From the NCBI GenBank assembly GCA_040285855.1, contig JAUFOQ010000005.1, positions 1,178,001 to 1,242,000 of the forward strand: a DNA stretch of 64,000 nt. The letters run 5' to 3'. The notes beneath the pieces were generated by a model. The model was given only the letters and a program-made list of their open reading frames with translations, made no database searches and was not told the DNA's origin. This document shows, piece after piece, positions 1-12,849 of the stretch; position 1 is the first letter of the stretch, and the number at the start of each line of letters is the position of its first letter. The stretch comes from Eukaryota sp. GEM-RC1. Taxonomy: Eukaryota. Position numbers and translations under genes: made by a program.

Positions 1-44
1 AATTTAAATCTTGTTGTAATATTTGTAAATAAAAACAGTTTTCT

Positions 45-584
45 TTAGTTTTTCCGACTGTACAAAGCTTCAAACTGAGACTCAAAGGATGCGAATTGCT
101 CTTCAAAACTGGCCATACCGTCAATGACAATATGGGATTCGTCATTCAATGGTTCTTCCAATTCTGAAGCATGCCTCAACACTTTTTCTTTGGTAGTAAT
201 TGGAGAATGTTCACATATTGTCCTATTACATCCTCGTTTGATTGCATCATCCAATGGAACTTTGAGCCATATGAGACAAGTCTTCACATTCATGATGTCA
301 TGGGCAAGCTTTTGTGTTCGCATCCTATCTTCTCTTCTTTCGTGATTGGCATCGTAAACTACATCACATCCGGCTTTCAGTGCTGCAGATAGAGCATAAT
401 TTAACGCTTCGAAAACCAGTGTATTGCGAGTTTCCTTAGTGAGATTGACACTGTTGTGGGAAAACATACAGTGTCTCATATAGTCACTGCTATAGTGAAT
501 GAAAGACAATCTTTCACAGAGTTGTCGAGAGAAATGTGTCTTCCCCGATCCAGGAACACCCATGAAGTAGAGAAGTGTTGGCAT
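45..584 (-). CDS. Predicted P-loop kinase (AAA_33 / nucleotide-kinase-like), bacterial-looking
   Basis: 179 aa, intronless. Walker A GVPGSGKT, SSDxxR, VVYDAN and lid Arg motif (AIKRGCNR). Confidence 0.75.
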   Translation of the reverse strand: MPTLLYFMGVPGSGKTHFSRQLCERLSFIHYSSDYMRHCMFSHNSVNLTKETRNTLVFEALNYALSAALKAGCDVVYDANHERREDRMRTQKLAHDIMNVKTCLIWLKVPLDDAIKRGCNRTICEHSPITTKEKVLRHASELEEPLNDESHIVIDGMASFEEQFASFESQFEALYSRKN

Positions 585-1108
585 GGGACAACCTGGATCT
601 AGCTCAATTTATGTGGTGTAGAAGAACTCTACAAAAACTGGTCACAAGACCCTACTTGTGGAAGAAAGAATTTTTGCTAAACCAACATGATGAGATACAA
701 TATCTTTGTTCCCATTCAATCAACTTTGATGATAACTAATGATGATCTTATGTGTTGTCGATGGAATTAGTACAATAAATAATCTACTCAACAATATTCT
801 ATTACTTCCAATTATTGCAGTGTATTGCAGTACAGTATTGTAATTTTTTGACCTAGACCCTACAATATGTTTTTGACAGTCCCTGCTATATACACTTCAA
901 CAAAAAAGTGATAGTTGTTAAATCTGATTCTGGTGTCTATACTCAGTTTTTCAAACCAACACAGAACCCTACTCATAATGTTATCAATTGACAAGCCTGT
1001 ATGCGTCACACGGCCACATGTGTGGCAGTCTGGTACATGTAGTTTACTACGCAATGCAATGCCTACACTAAATATTAGTAACTTTTAGCACTTTGAAAAT
1101 GTGTTTTT

Positions 1109-3466
1109 ATGGAGTTCCACTCCAAACTTTTGGTCAAGTTATGGTCAATTGACCGTGTAGGCTGCATTGTAGCTCCTGGCTTAGACGAAAGGTCAGTGGT
1201 AGACTCTCTATTACGCCTCTCCCACAAAAAGAACTCATGGCCTCACCATCCTCGTTGATTCTAAACACAACTACTCCTTCACTTCCTCTCAATACTTCTT
1301 CAACAACATCTCAGTCCTCCCCGAAGGAACCTCCCTCAGTGTCAGACAAGAAGCATACGCGAGGAAAGGCATCATTGTCATTTCTTCAAAGACTCTCACC
1401 ACTGACATTCTAAGAGAACGTCTCCACGCCAAGTCCATATCTTGTGTTGTAGTTGACAATGGCCATTTCTGTACGCTTGAACATCCGTCGTCATTTGCTA
1501 TTAGGCTGATTCTAGATCAGAATCCAAAGGTGCTCTTGAAGGTTCTCTGTTTTGCACCGTATTTTTTTAAATATTCAAAGTTTTGTGCTCCTGTTTCAAA
1601 GCTTTTAGTCTTTTCAATGAATTCTTCTGAAGTCAAGGCTGTTTTTGATCCTCTGACGTGTGTTGATCACGTAGTACCTCCCAATGATACTTCTAAGCAA
1701 CTGTTGACGATTTTTTCAAAAATGTTGAATATCCTCTGTCGTGATGCAGTTAAAAAATTAAATTGTCTAGATTTTTCCACTCAAGATGTACTATCAAATT
1801 CTTTGACTTTCCAAGAAGTCCTTGGTGATTCGCTAATCAAAACTCGAAACTCTTCGTATGATTACTATCCACCAGTGATTGAGGATTTGATGGTTATTAA
1901 AAAGTTTATTTTTTCAGTTTTGAATAGTTCTTATATTGATGTATTGGAGATGTTTGTTGAAGAACATTTGCAGGAAGTAGCAAATTCGAAGATTTTGGAT
2001 AGTCCAAAGTCAAAGTTGCCATCGTTGTGGCCTTTTTTAGAAGGAAATTCTGAATTATTTAAAATATTGTGTGATGCGATTGAAGGCTTTCTACAACCGT
2101 CAGTCGAGATTTCAGTTTTAGAATTATTACAGGATTTTTCAAATGTTCCTGGACCTAAGGTAATAATTACACGTAACAAGTACCAAGCTCATTACTGGAA
2201 TCGCACAATTTCAGATTTTAACTCATCGTTTTCAAATTCTTCTGATTTTTCCTTTCTTAAACATCGAATTGTCAAATTTCTAGAAAAATTTAATTTAATT
2301 CCGAGATCTTTGCTAGATGTAGTAGTAAGAGATTCTTATCGATCCATTCTCACAGATTCAAAAATTAAATCTCTAGTTTCCAGTTATTTAAAATTTTCAC
2401 CAGAGTTTTTAACTACTCTATCAAATCCTTTTCTTTTCAGTGGTCAATCGCAATCAGAAGAGCAATCAAATGGACCCCTTTCCTGTGAGTTTGTTGATTT
2501 TGATCCGACTATCATCATCTCAGCAGAAACGGGGACTTCCTCTTTCCTCCGCTCTCTACGTCCTAGTGTTGTTCTTTTGATTCATCCCTATGCATCAGCT
2601 GTCCGGCAAGTGCAGATTTACCAATCGTTTGTTCCAAATGGAACGTCGACGATCAAAATATTCAAAATTTTCCACACTCAATTGGAAATTGACCTCCACA
2701 ATCAATCACAAGCTCATGAACAGCAACTGATTGATCATCTCCATTCCCTTTCTCTATCCCACACCCCTCCAGTGTCAGTCTCTACCACGTCTCAGTCCAA
2801 AGGTACAGTCATTGTTGATTCTAGAGAGTTTAGATCATCACTTCCTCTAGCTTTACATGAACATGGAATCAAGGTAGTACCAGTGACAATGACTGCAGGT
2901 GATTACGTGATTTCTAAGGGGGTTGGAATCGAAAGAAAGACGCTATCAGATTTGATTGCTTCACTTAATAGTGGGCATCTACACAAGCAAGTTCGACGGA
3001 TGAGGAAATCATTTGAAAAATCAATTTTGATGGTTGAGCTGGCAGACCCGATTGAAAACGTTTCCTTTCTCGAACGAAAGATTCAATCGTCTCTGATTGC
3101 ACTCAATTATTCTTTCCCTGACCTCAATATCACGTGGACATTTGGCTCATATGGCTCAGCTAAGTCCTTGATTGCACTCCAGGCCAACCTCACTCAACCT
3201 TCACTTGACTCTGTCTCTCACTTACTAGAGAATGAATCTGGAATTGAGGAGGTAAAGGAGTCAGCCATGGGTGCAGAGAGTTTGGTGTTTTTAGTGGGTC
3301 AGGAATGGCATCAGGAGGTTTGTATTGGAGCTATTAATGGGGGTGTAACTCTTTGAAAAGCATTTTGAATGCTTCTGATGAAGTTTTGAGTGGGATTTTT
3401 GGAGAAAGTGTAGTTGTTGATCAATTTAAGCAGTTTATGAATTTAACCCCGAGTTTTGAGAGTTGA
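1109..3466 (+). CDS. ERCC4: XPF/ERCC4/Rad1 structure-specific endonuclease (two homopolymer frameshifts)
   Basis: Nuclease motifs VIVDSREFRSSLP, GDY and IERKTLSDLIASL. N-terminal MEFH..CIVAPGL from ATG 1109 joins the main frame at A5 1226-1230. HhH2-like tail (SLKSILNASDEVLSGIFG) joins at G5 3339-3343, stop TGA 3464-3466. Confidence 0.85.
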
Positions 3467-3610
3467 TTTGTTATAATTGAAATATTGTTGTCAATTTAAT
3501 TCTTGAAAGTGTGGAAATTGACTATGATGCACATAAAATTTTGATGTAAATAAATTCCGGTTTTAATAAATTAAAAAAGACTAAAAACTAAAACAAAAAA
3601 TTGAAAGAAT

Positions 3611-5439
3611 CTATAAATTCTTACAATATTCACTAATACTACCCTGATATTTGAAAACTTTCCTATCTTCGACTAACCACAACTCAGTTGCGACAGTCTC
3701 CAAAAGAACCTGTTATGAGATACACATACCATGGTACCATCATACTCATCAAGACACGTGATCAAGGCACTGATTGAATTAACACACAAGTAATTTGTCA
3801 ATTCATCAAGAATTAAAAATCTAGGACTTCGTTGGAAGGTGATTGAAGCCATAACAATTCTAGCACACTCACCTCCTGAAAACGTGCTGATTGGTCTCAC
3901 GGTTTGATCTCCAGAGATACCAAACTTTCCTAAATGGGCTCTAATGTCGAGTAAATCAGCAGCTGGGTGAAGATTAGAAATATAATTCATTGGAGTCTCA
4001 TTAAGATTAAGCTGATCAGCAAAATGCTGATGGTAAATAGCGGTGTTATCGGGAGAACACTTAGTTACAAGTTGACCTGAAGTAGGTTGCAATTGTCCAC
4101 TAATTAGCTTCATTAACGTACTTTTACCACTTGAGTTAGCTCCAATAACAGCAATCTTTGCACCTTTGGCAATGTGAAAGTTAATACCATCAAGAATGTA
4201 TTCACTTTCGGGTGAGTATCCGAAATAGACGTTTTTCATTTCAACTAAATGACCAGCGTCATTAGAAACAGATGCTGGGGGGAAAGTAAAGGTGAACTCC
4301 GTGTCGGTGGAAACGGGATCAATCAGAGTCATTTTCTCCAATTTTTTGATTCGTGATTGAGCCATACTTGCCTTTTGGCATTTGCTCTCCATCTATTCAC
4401 AAAAGCATTCATATGATCGATATGCTTCTGTTGCGCGTCATATTGCTTTTGTTGATTCAAGGTTTGTTGATTTCGTACTTCAACATATTGACTGTAATTT
4501 CCCTTATACATAATCAACTTCTTGTTCTTATCATCTAAGTGAATGATATGAGTTGAGACACTATCCAAGAAGGAGACATCATGAGAAACCAGCATAATGG
4601 TTGAACATTCGAACTTCGGCTTGTTAGCATCTTTCAAGGACAAACTATCAGAAACTGAGCGTCTGAGACAACGTTCCAACCACACGATTTGTTCCAAATC
4701 CAAATGGGAAGTGGGTTCGTCAAGTAGAATGACGGGGTATTTAGAAAACAATGCTCCAGCTAACGAGACTCTCATCTTATAACCACCAGAGAGGGAGGTA
4801 CAGGATTGGAACATCGAAGGGGGAGTGAATGGTTTTGTCAAACCCAAGACCTTTGAGGATAGCTTTAGCTTCATCAATTAAGGGGAGGGCATCGTTATCT
4901 AAGAGGAAGCATTCTAGCTCGATGTACTTGTTACTTTGAGGATCAACTTTTTGCTTTTGGAACACCAAGTATTGGCTGAGAGCTGCTCCAATAGAGGGGT
5001 TGATATGGGTTTTGACAACAGCTTCGAGAACAGGGAGATCTTCCACAGAGGCGTCTTGGCGTACAAGGTAAACCTTGAGGTCAGGATGAAGCTTGAACTT
5101 TCCGGTCGCTAACGCCGTGAAGAATGTGGACTTACCACAACCATTCATGCCGGCAATGGAGTAGATGTTGTTACGGGTGATAGATATGCTGGCGTCAACA
5201 AGCAGTTCACGAGGACCAAAAGTCAAGGAGAAACTGTCCAAACAGATCGTACCATCCATAGAGGACTTACATCCCAGGTTAGCGGGGTAAGAAACAACAA
5301 GATGAGATGCTCCGAGCCTTGTAGAAACAGAGTTGGAAGTCTGATCCTGTGATGACATCGAGGCTTTCTTGTTCTTCTTGATCTTCTTAACACGGACTCT
5401 AGCCAACAATGGTGGATTTATTTCATCATTAAGAGCCAT
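3611..5439 (-). CDS. ABCF (ABCF3/GCN20-like) translation ATPase, tandem copy A, three frame breaks (possibly pseudogene)
   Basis: Two ABC domains without TM segments (GMNGCGKST, LSGG, LLDEPTSHLD, VSHD; GANSSGKST, FSGGE). Breaks near 4819-4844, 4373-4376 and 3702-3705; the last two are one base shorter than copy B in homopolymers. Confidence 0.8.
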
Positions 5440-6064
5440 TTGTATCGTTTTCTGATGAAGGAGAAAAAGGGATTTATATTCGGCCAGAAGCCCTATTGTT
5501 GAATTTCAGTGAAAGCTGTATAAAACGTCAAGAAAACGAGATTGAGTGTATAACAAACACATCTTTTATTGGAGACATAAAGGAAACACGATTTGTCGGA
5601 AAGAATAAATAAAACTTCTCCAAGAGAACTGTAAGAAGTAGAAATTGATTTTTCATGACACGTCATCACATCTTATCTTTCTCTGCATTGTGCCCCCTTC
5701 CAAGACCGAAATGTTCAACGCTATCACTTTAAGTCCCGTTTATGTGACACAAATGTCAAATGACTGTCTGTTACCTGTACTATCTTACAGTTGTAATTGT
5801 TTTCACTCACCTTTCACTTGCACATTGTTAGTACAAAGCGAGTAGAATAATAACATTAAACACTTGCAAACATCAGTTCTGATTTCTTGTGATCTACTAA
5901 GAATCGATATCTAAATGTTGAAGGATTCTTCACATTTCTTGGTACTTTGAGTATACAAAGCGTCGTTTGTCGACTATTTAAGGAACTTGAAAATTTATGA
6001 ACTGTAAATGTAAACACATTTTCCAGTTTTGATAAGTCAAAACACACTAAAAAATTGAAAGAAT

Positions 6065-8162
6065 CTATAAATTCTTACAATATTCACTAATACTACCCTG
6101 ATATTTGAAAACTTTTCTATCTTCGACTAACCACAACTCAGTTGCGACAGTCTCCAAAAAGAACCTGTTATGAGATACACATACCATGGTACCATCATAC
6201 TCATCAAGACACGTGATCAAAGCACTGATTGAATTAACACACAAGTAGTTTGTCAATTCATCAAGAATTAAAAATCTTGGATTACTTTGGAATGTGATTG
6301 AAGCCATAACAATTCTTGCACACTCACCTCCTGAAAACGTACTGATTGGTCTCACGGTTTGATCTCCAGAGATACCAAACTTTCCTAAATGGGCTCTAAT
6401 GTCGAGTAAATCGGCTGATGGATGAAGGTCAGAAATATAATTCATTGGAGTCTCATTAAGATTGAGTTGATCAGCAAAATGCTGATGGTAAATAGCAGTG
6501 TTATCGGGAGAACACTTAGTAACAAGTTGACCAGAAGTAGGTTGCAATTGTCCACTAATTAGCTTCATTAACGTACTTTTACCACTTGAGTTAGCTCCAA
6601 TAACAGCAATCTTTGCACCTTTGGCAATGTGAAAGTTAATACCATCAAGAATGTATTCACTTTCGGGTGAATAACGGAAGTAAACATCTTTGATGTCAAC
6701 TAAATGACCAGCGTCATTAGATACAGATGCTGGGGGAAACGTGAAGGTGAAATCAGTATCGGAAGCCACTGGTTCAATCAGAGTCATCTTCTGCAATTGC
6801 TTCACTCGTGATTGAGCCATACTTGCTTTTTTGGCATTTGCTCTCCATCTGTTCACAAAAGCATTCATATGATCGATATGTTTCTGTTGGGCTTCAAAGA
6901 GTTTTTGTTGATTCAAAGTTTGCTTATTTCTCACATCAACGAACTGATTGTAATTTCCCTTATACATTCTCAACTTCTTGTTCCTATCATCTAAGTGAAT
7001 GATATGAGTTGAGACACTATCCAAGAAGGAAACATCATGAGAAACCAACATAATAGTTGAACATTCGAACTTCGGCTTGTTAGCATCTTTCAAGGACAAA
7101 CTATCAGAAACTGAGCGTCTGAGACAACGTTCCAACCACACGATTTGTTCCAAATCCAAATGGGAAGTGGGTTCGTCGAGTAAAATGACGGGGTATTTAG
7201 AAAACAATGCTCCAGCTAACGAGACTCTCATCTTATAACCACCAGAGAGGGAGGTACAGGATTGGAACATCGAAGGGGGAGTGAATGGTTTTGTCAAACC
7301 CAAGACCTTTGAGGATAGCTTTAGCTTCATCAATTAAGGGGAGGGCATCGTTATCTAAGAGGAAGCATTCTAGCTCGACGTATTTCTCATTCTGGGGGTC
7401 AACTTTTTGTAATTGTAGTCCCAAGAACTGACTGAGAGCTGCTCCAATAGCTGGGTTTATATGGGTTTTGAGAACAGCTTCAATGACGGGGAGGTCTTCT
7501 ACAGAGGCGTCTTGGCGTACAAGGTAGACTTTAAGCTCGGGATGAAGCTTGAACTTTCCAGAAGCCAAAGCATTGAAGAACGTGGACTTACCACAACCAT
7601 TCATACCAACTAAGGAGTAGATGTTGTTACGGGTGACAGATATGCTAGTGTCAACAAGAAGTTCCCGAGCACCAAAAGTAATGGAGAAACTGTCTAAGCA
7701 AATGGAACCATCAGAAGAAGACTTGCAACCGAGATTGGGAGGATAGGATACAATGAGAGAAGCTCCTCCGAGAGTTGAACAGACAGAGTTGAGAGCTTGA
7801 GGGGGTTTCTTGTTCTTCTTTTCACGGATTCGAGCCTTTTCTTCTTCAAAGAACTCGCTCTTGGTAGTGAGTTCAAGAGCTGCTGGATTGCTAGAGAGAA
7901 ACTCGCCGTCGGAGTCTGACTCGGATTCTGAGCAGGATTCAGAAGCTGAGCATGAAGAAGATACTGCGGATTCGAGATAGAGAGATATAGCCTCTTCTAT
8001 TTGTTCAAGTGTGCTGAATGGAGCATATTGGGAGAGGAAAGGGTGAATGAGAGAAGCGGATTCTACAGACAAGTCGTCTTCAACCACAGCAGTAACATAA
8101 TCAACAACTGGTTGGTCAATGTCTGGTACAAGTTGAATAATGAATTGACCAAATGAAGACAT
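6065..8162 (-). CDS. ABCF (ABCF3/GCN20-like) translation ATPase, tandem copy B, one +1 frame break
   Basis: N-terminal IDQPVVDYVTAVV helix, two ABC domains and an interdomain linker. ORFs 8162-7233 and 7333-6065 overlap across GLGF..LSGG. Confidence 0.85.
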
Positions 8163-8772
8163 TTAAGAAAGAAAAGGACAAATTCAATCATCCTTTCAAT
8201 CACTGTATGATTTAATGTACTTCTGTGAGATTCTCATTTTGAAAAGTAGTAGCTGTTATAATCATTAAACAATAGTTATTTGAGGTTGAATGAAGTGTAT
8301 GTGAGGTTAAGTGACGGTTTCCCTTTTCCAACTGCATTGTCAAATTATTCAACTACAAAAGAAATTTGAATTAACTACTTTTTTTGGTGTCTCTGTTTTC
8401 ACAGGATCATATAATCTAGTCCAAATGACAGAGCTCTCGAAAACTATGTATAACGAAGATTCTAAAATAATACAAGACCAACTTCTACAGAAAATGAACT
8501 CTACGATGACAGACAGACCGCCACCAGAAATGACCATTACAATTGACTTGAAGTGATTGTGATGACTAAATTGACCAACTTAAGGAAAAGAGTATCACCG
8601 AAAAACAGAGGGATACATACAGCCATTCATGGATTGTCAGAAGATGCGTATGGCGAAAGTACTAGAAGGAAGTGGTTTATGAAGGTTGTAAACGACAAAA
8701 TTTTTCCTGCACGGCAATTCAGTTTTCACACCGCATTCAAATGTTTCTTTCTAATGTTAGAACAAACTGTTG

Positions 8773-9849
8773 ATGAGTGGATATATTGAATTGGCATCCG
8801 GCAGTAGCTTCTCCGGTAAAACATCTTGGTTGCTCTCAAGACTGCATACTCTGCATTCTGATAAGAAGAAGTATGAACTCTTGTCATATGATCTTGATTC
8901 AGTGCATCTCAAGAAGAGCCTTCTTCAGTCCCATAACGGTGATGAATTCATGGCAACCACATGTTCTTCCCTCGATTCAGTCTACGATAAGATCAAGAAC
9001 GCCGATATTGTCGCCATAGACAACGCACATTTCTTCTCCAACGTTGCCCCATTCGCTGAAAAGCTTGCCAACTCTGGAATTCATGTTATCATCACTGCAC
9101 TGAATTCTTCATTTGATCTTTCCCCCTTCAAAAACATCCTCGAACTCATTCCCCTTGTAGATCACTTCATCCACTTGTCTGGTGGTGCCTGTCAGTGTGG
9201 AAGTCCCTCCAACTTCTCGAAACTCCTCCCTGGTGTTGTCACTCCTCCTGGCCAGATCCATCCTAACCCTAAGGCTTTTGAAGCCTGCTGTAAGAAATGC
9301 CATCCTAATGGAGGATCAGGAAATCTCCGTCTGTTTATAGGACCAATGTTTGCCGGCAAAACTACCTCCATGATTCAAAATTGCCGTAAGTCCAAAGCCT
9401 TGGGTAAATCCGTTCTCATTTTAAAGTACTGCAATGATGTCCGTTACTCTTGTGACAACCACACTCTATACACTCATGATGGTGACTCTGTGACTGCAAT
9501 GGCCATTCAATGTCTATCAGAGGCAGAATCTACTATTAGATCCATGAAACCAGATGTCGTTGGAGTTGACGAAGGTCAGTTCTATTCTGATTTAAACTTG
9601 GTAAAAGAATGGTCACGTTCTGGAATCGAAGTGATTGTAGCTGGTCTCTCTGGTACGTTTGCTAGGAAATCATTTGGTTCAATGATGGAGCTAACTGGTG
9701 TTGCTGATGAAGTTTACTTGTTGAAGTCCAAATGTGCATGTGGAAGTGAAGCGCCCTTCTCAAAGCGATTAGTTAGGTCTGACGCTTTGGAGTTAATTGG
9801 TGGTGCGGAGTCCTATTCACCAGTGTGCCGAGCTTGTTTCTTTGGCTGA
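8773..9849 (+). CDS. Thymidine kinase (TK1-type), tandem two-domain fusion
   Basis: Domain 2 has GPMFAGKT, VDEGQF, CACG, IGGAESYSPVCRAC. Domain 1 has GSSFSGKT, IDNAHF, CQCG, CCKKC. Confidence 0.9.
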   Translation: MSGYIELASGSSFSGKTSWLLSRLHTLHSDKKKYELLSYDLDSVHLKKSLLQSHNGDEFMATTCSSLDSVYDKIKNADIVAIDNAHFFSNVAPFAEKLANSGIHVIITALNSSFDLSPFKNILELIPLVDHFIHLSGGACQCGSPSNFSKLLPGVVTPPGQIHPNPKAFEACCKKCHPNGGSGNLRLFIGPMFAGKTTSMIQNCRKSKALGKSVLILKYCNDVRYSCDNHTLYTHDGDSVTAMAIQCLSEAESTIRSMKPDVVGVDEGQFYSDLNLVKEWSRSGIEVIVAGLSGTFARKSFGSMMELTGVADEVYLLKSKCACGSEAPFSKRLVRSDALELIGGAESYSPVCRACFFG

Positions 9850-9989
9850 GTGTATGATAACTTTTATTTAATTAATTGTTGTTTTTTAACAACTGAACTA
9901 ATAAAACTCTTTTTGATTAGACTCATTGGATTAATGAATGTTTGTTTAACAGTGAGGGTATGTTGTGATCACCTATTGAACTCCGTTGT

Positions 9990-10663
9990 GATTGTTTTCA
10001 AGACGCAACAAATCGTTGTACGGACAATCCATCAGAGTCATGGTTGTATCAGCTTCTTAAAGAACTCATCTTTCCGGATCAGATTCAGCTTATTCATTCA
10101 TCTCTTCCTGGTACACTTAATTCTTTCAATAAAGACAAGAAGTGGGGAAGTAGGAGGGATAACGCATTTGCAATTAAAACTGAAGACGAGTTGTTGATAA
10201 CAATCCATCAACTTTTGACATGGACTGTTCGAGGTTTTCCTCCACCTCTAAGGGTTCTGGTCTTTCCTTAACTAAGAATGGTAAACGTGTTGATGTAGTT
10301 GCTGGTAATTGGAATAACATTCGTGGTGATCAGCCGCTTCTTGATGGAAATGTGTACAGCTTTACTGTTGAAATGTCTGAAGGTACTAATACCGCTATTG
10401 GAGTTATTGAAGAAGGACAGTTTCAAAGCGAGGGAGGTATCTTTGCACGTGGGCATGTCTATTTCAATCATGGTTATGCATCGGGTTGCTTGCAAGGTTA
10501 CTTGTTTAAACCAACATTAAGTGGATTTAATGTTGTCATTGATTTGGTTAATTATACCATTTCTATTGGATCAAATTCTCGGAATCTTCCAAGACCTTCT
10601 GCAGGGAATTACTATTTAGTGGGAATACTTTATTTTATTGGTCAGTTCATAGAAATACACTAA
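9990..10663 (+). pseudogene. SPRY/B30.2-like beta-domain gene fragment, frameshifted upstream
   Basis: LSLTKNGKRV..NIRGDQPL...YSFTV...AIGV...VVIDL pattern in ORF 10220-10663; the upstream open frame is shifted. Confidence 0.35.
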
Positions 10664-10689
10664 GTAAACTGTCTGGTTTGCTACTAATG

Positions 10690-11330
10690 AGTTTTAGCTT
10701 CGAAATTGTCTTCATCGAGTGGAGTTTGTTCTGTTAAACAGACAACACATGGGGTTCTCATTGGTCTTCATGGTCAAAGTTTTTCCGTGTTCATTCACTG
10801 TTCACAGTCTCAAATAGGCTTAACATTAAAAATTGGGCTAATTTCATCGGCTAATTTTGGCGGTGTGTGCTTTTCACGCGCTTCATACTTATCTAAGAGT
10901 GCGGTTATTGATGGAATATTATTATTGATTACAGCTTATTATTGATTCTAGTCAGATTATCCTTGATGTTACAACAGTAGATCCATGTGCTCAAACCTGT
11001 GTTAACGGCTTAAATTCAAAAGGTTTCAATCACCTAGAAACAGCTGAAAAACGTAAAAATGATTTGTAATTAAAAGATGTTGTTTAACTTAATCAAAAAA
11101 TATATTCAAAAATTGTATTTGTTTCATTTGCTATTTCTATTTTCTGTAGTATTGGTGAAATGATTTCTAAATTTTTAACTGATTTTGGATCTGTGTGTAA
11201 GTCTCAGAATAAGAGATTTAACTTATCAATTTGGCACAACCGTTTGATTTGTTCTGTGTTCCGTTAAATGCCTAAGTTTTTTAAATCAATTATCACGAAG
11301 TTGTATAAGAGAAGTGGTACTGTTGACCAG
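10690..11330 (+). mobile_element. Degenerate RLE-type non-LTR retrotransposon 3' fragment
   Basis: Stop-interrupted translation LDVTTVDPC..HLETAEKRK..FVSFAISIF..FNLSIWHNRLI, similar to 29510-29755. Confidence 0.6.
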
Positions 11331-11866
11331 GAATTTTCGGTGTCTAGTGTTTCATAGCTTATGTATTTTTGTACCCTCCATCAATAAACTGTTTTTTTTT
11401 AATTTATTGGGTATTGTAGTTCTTTAGTTTTGAGGGTGAGTCGTTATGAAATGATATGAAGTCGTAATTGAGACCTACAAGATTCAATGTGGTCTAGCAT
11501 CACTGTTACAATGCACTAACAGGGTTGTTTCCCAAATTTGAAGAGAATTAAAAAGTATAATGTCAAATTTGGATGCACCACAATTTAGATATCCACAAAA
11601 TTAAAGCTGTTGCATTATTGACTATTTGAAACCATACTTTTCAATTTCTGGGTTGTTGGATCAGGAATTCCTAGAATTCCTACAATTACGATTACTGCAG
11701 TAAAAATAAAATTAGCAAGTACCTTTCGGTAAGTTGGATGGAGTTCTTTAACCTAAAAGTGTTTTTATTCATAGGATTTATTGGAAGTAAATAGAAACCC
11801 GATACTGAATGTGATGGATTGGATTACACAACGATTAGCAACACCAAGGAATTGCTGACACATTAC

Positions 11867-12377
11867 CAGGGATGCCGAATATTGGATTGCCAATACATTA
11901 TTGCCAATCAATACCAATATATATTGATTGGTCGACTGTTTTCCAATGCCAATATATTGCCAATATTGCCAATACAATACAGTGCTAATAACGAGTCAAA
12001 ATACTGAATTTATCTTTTCCTCATGCCAGATAACAAGGTCATATGTGAGGTGTTTTACACACTCCAATCGACAGTTGACTACACAGAGACTTGGAAATGT
12101 GTTTGTGGAGAGATCTGCAGACGCAAAACAGGCTCTGGACGGACTAATCTAATTGGCTCCACTACAACAGCCTTCTCATGGTCTTTTGGGGAACGTGAAC
12201 ACTATCGGAACTGCCTGTGTATCACATTGGAGTGTAGAAGATGAAGATTAAATGTATAATGTTTTAGATAGTTACTGATATTGCAATATTGACCAATATA
12301 TTGGATCCAATACAGTATTGATTGGTAAGTCAAATTCCAATACCAATATATTGTCAATCCAATATTCGGTATCTCTG
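11867..12377. mobile_element. hAT-type MITE/deletion derivative with BED-finger remnant
   Basis: TIR CAGGGATGCCGAATATTGGATTG / CAATCCAATATTCGGTATCTCTG. Perfect 8-bp TSD CACATTAC (11859-11866, 12378-12385). CCAATA subterminal repeats. Internal WKCVCG..GSGRTNL. Confidence 0.9.
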
Positions 12378-12849
12378 CACATTACACAAAACACTGAAAT
12401 TCTACGTTTGGAAACATACTAGATCACTGACCAACAAATACCTAAATGAGGTGGGGCAGCGTTGGAGGAACCATTGTACATTTTACATGTAAAAAGAAGA
12501 ATACCAGCAGAAGAAGCAGGACAGGTCGAATTGAGTCTGAAGTGCAGTGTTCAACATTTGATTGGTATTAATATCCTGAATGTATAATAGTTTAAAGTAT
12601 CGATAAGTGTTAATACAAAATGTATCTATTTAGTCGATCATTAAATTTTGATTTTGGCTAAATTCAATATTGAAAAATGCAGATACTACAAGATGATTAC
12701 CTTTGTATTTCTGTGTTTTTATCTGCACCAGCATTTTGTTCCACATATTGGCTTTTCCAAGTATGTTTGGATCTGATAATTGTGAGCGTTTCATGTACAT
12801 GGAAAAGCATTCGATGAATTTTAAAACTCAACTCGATAGTTGCTCCTTG

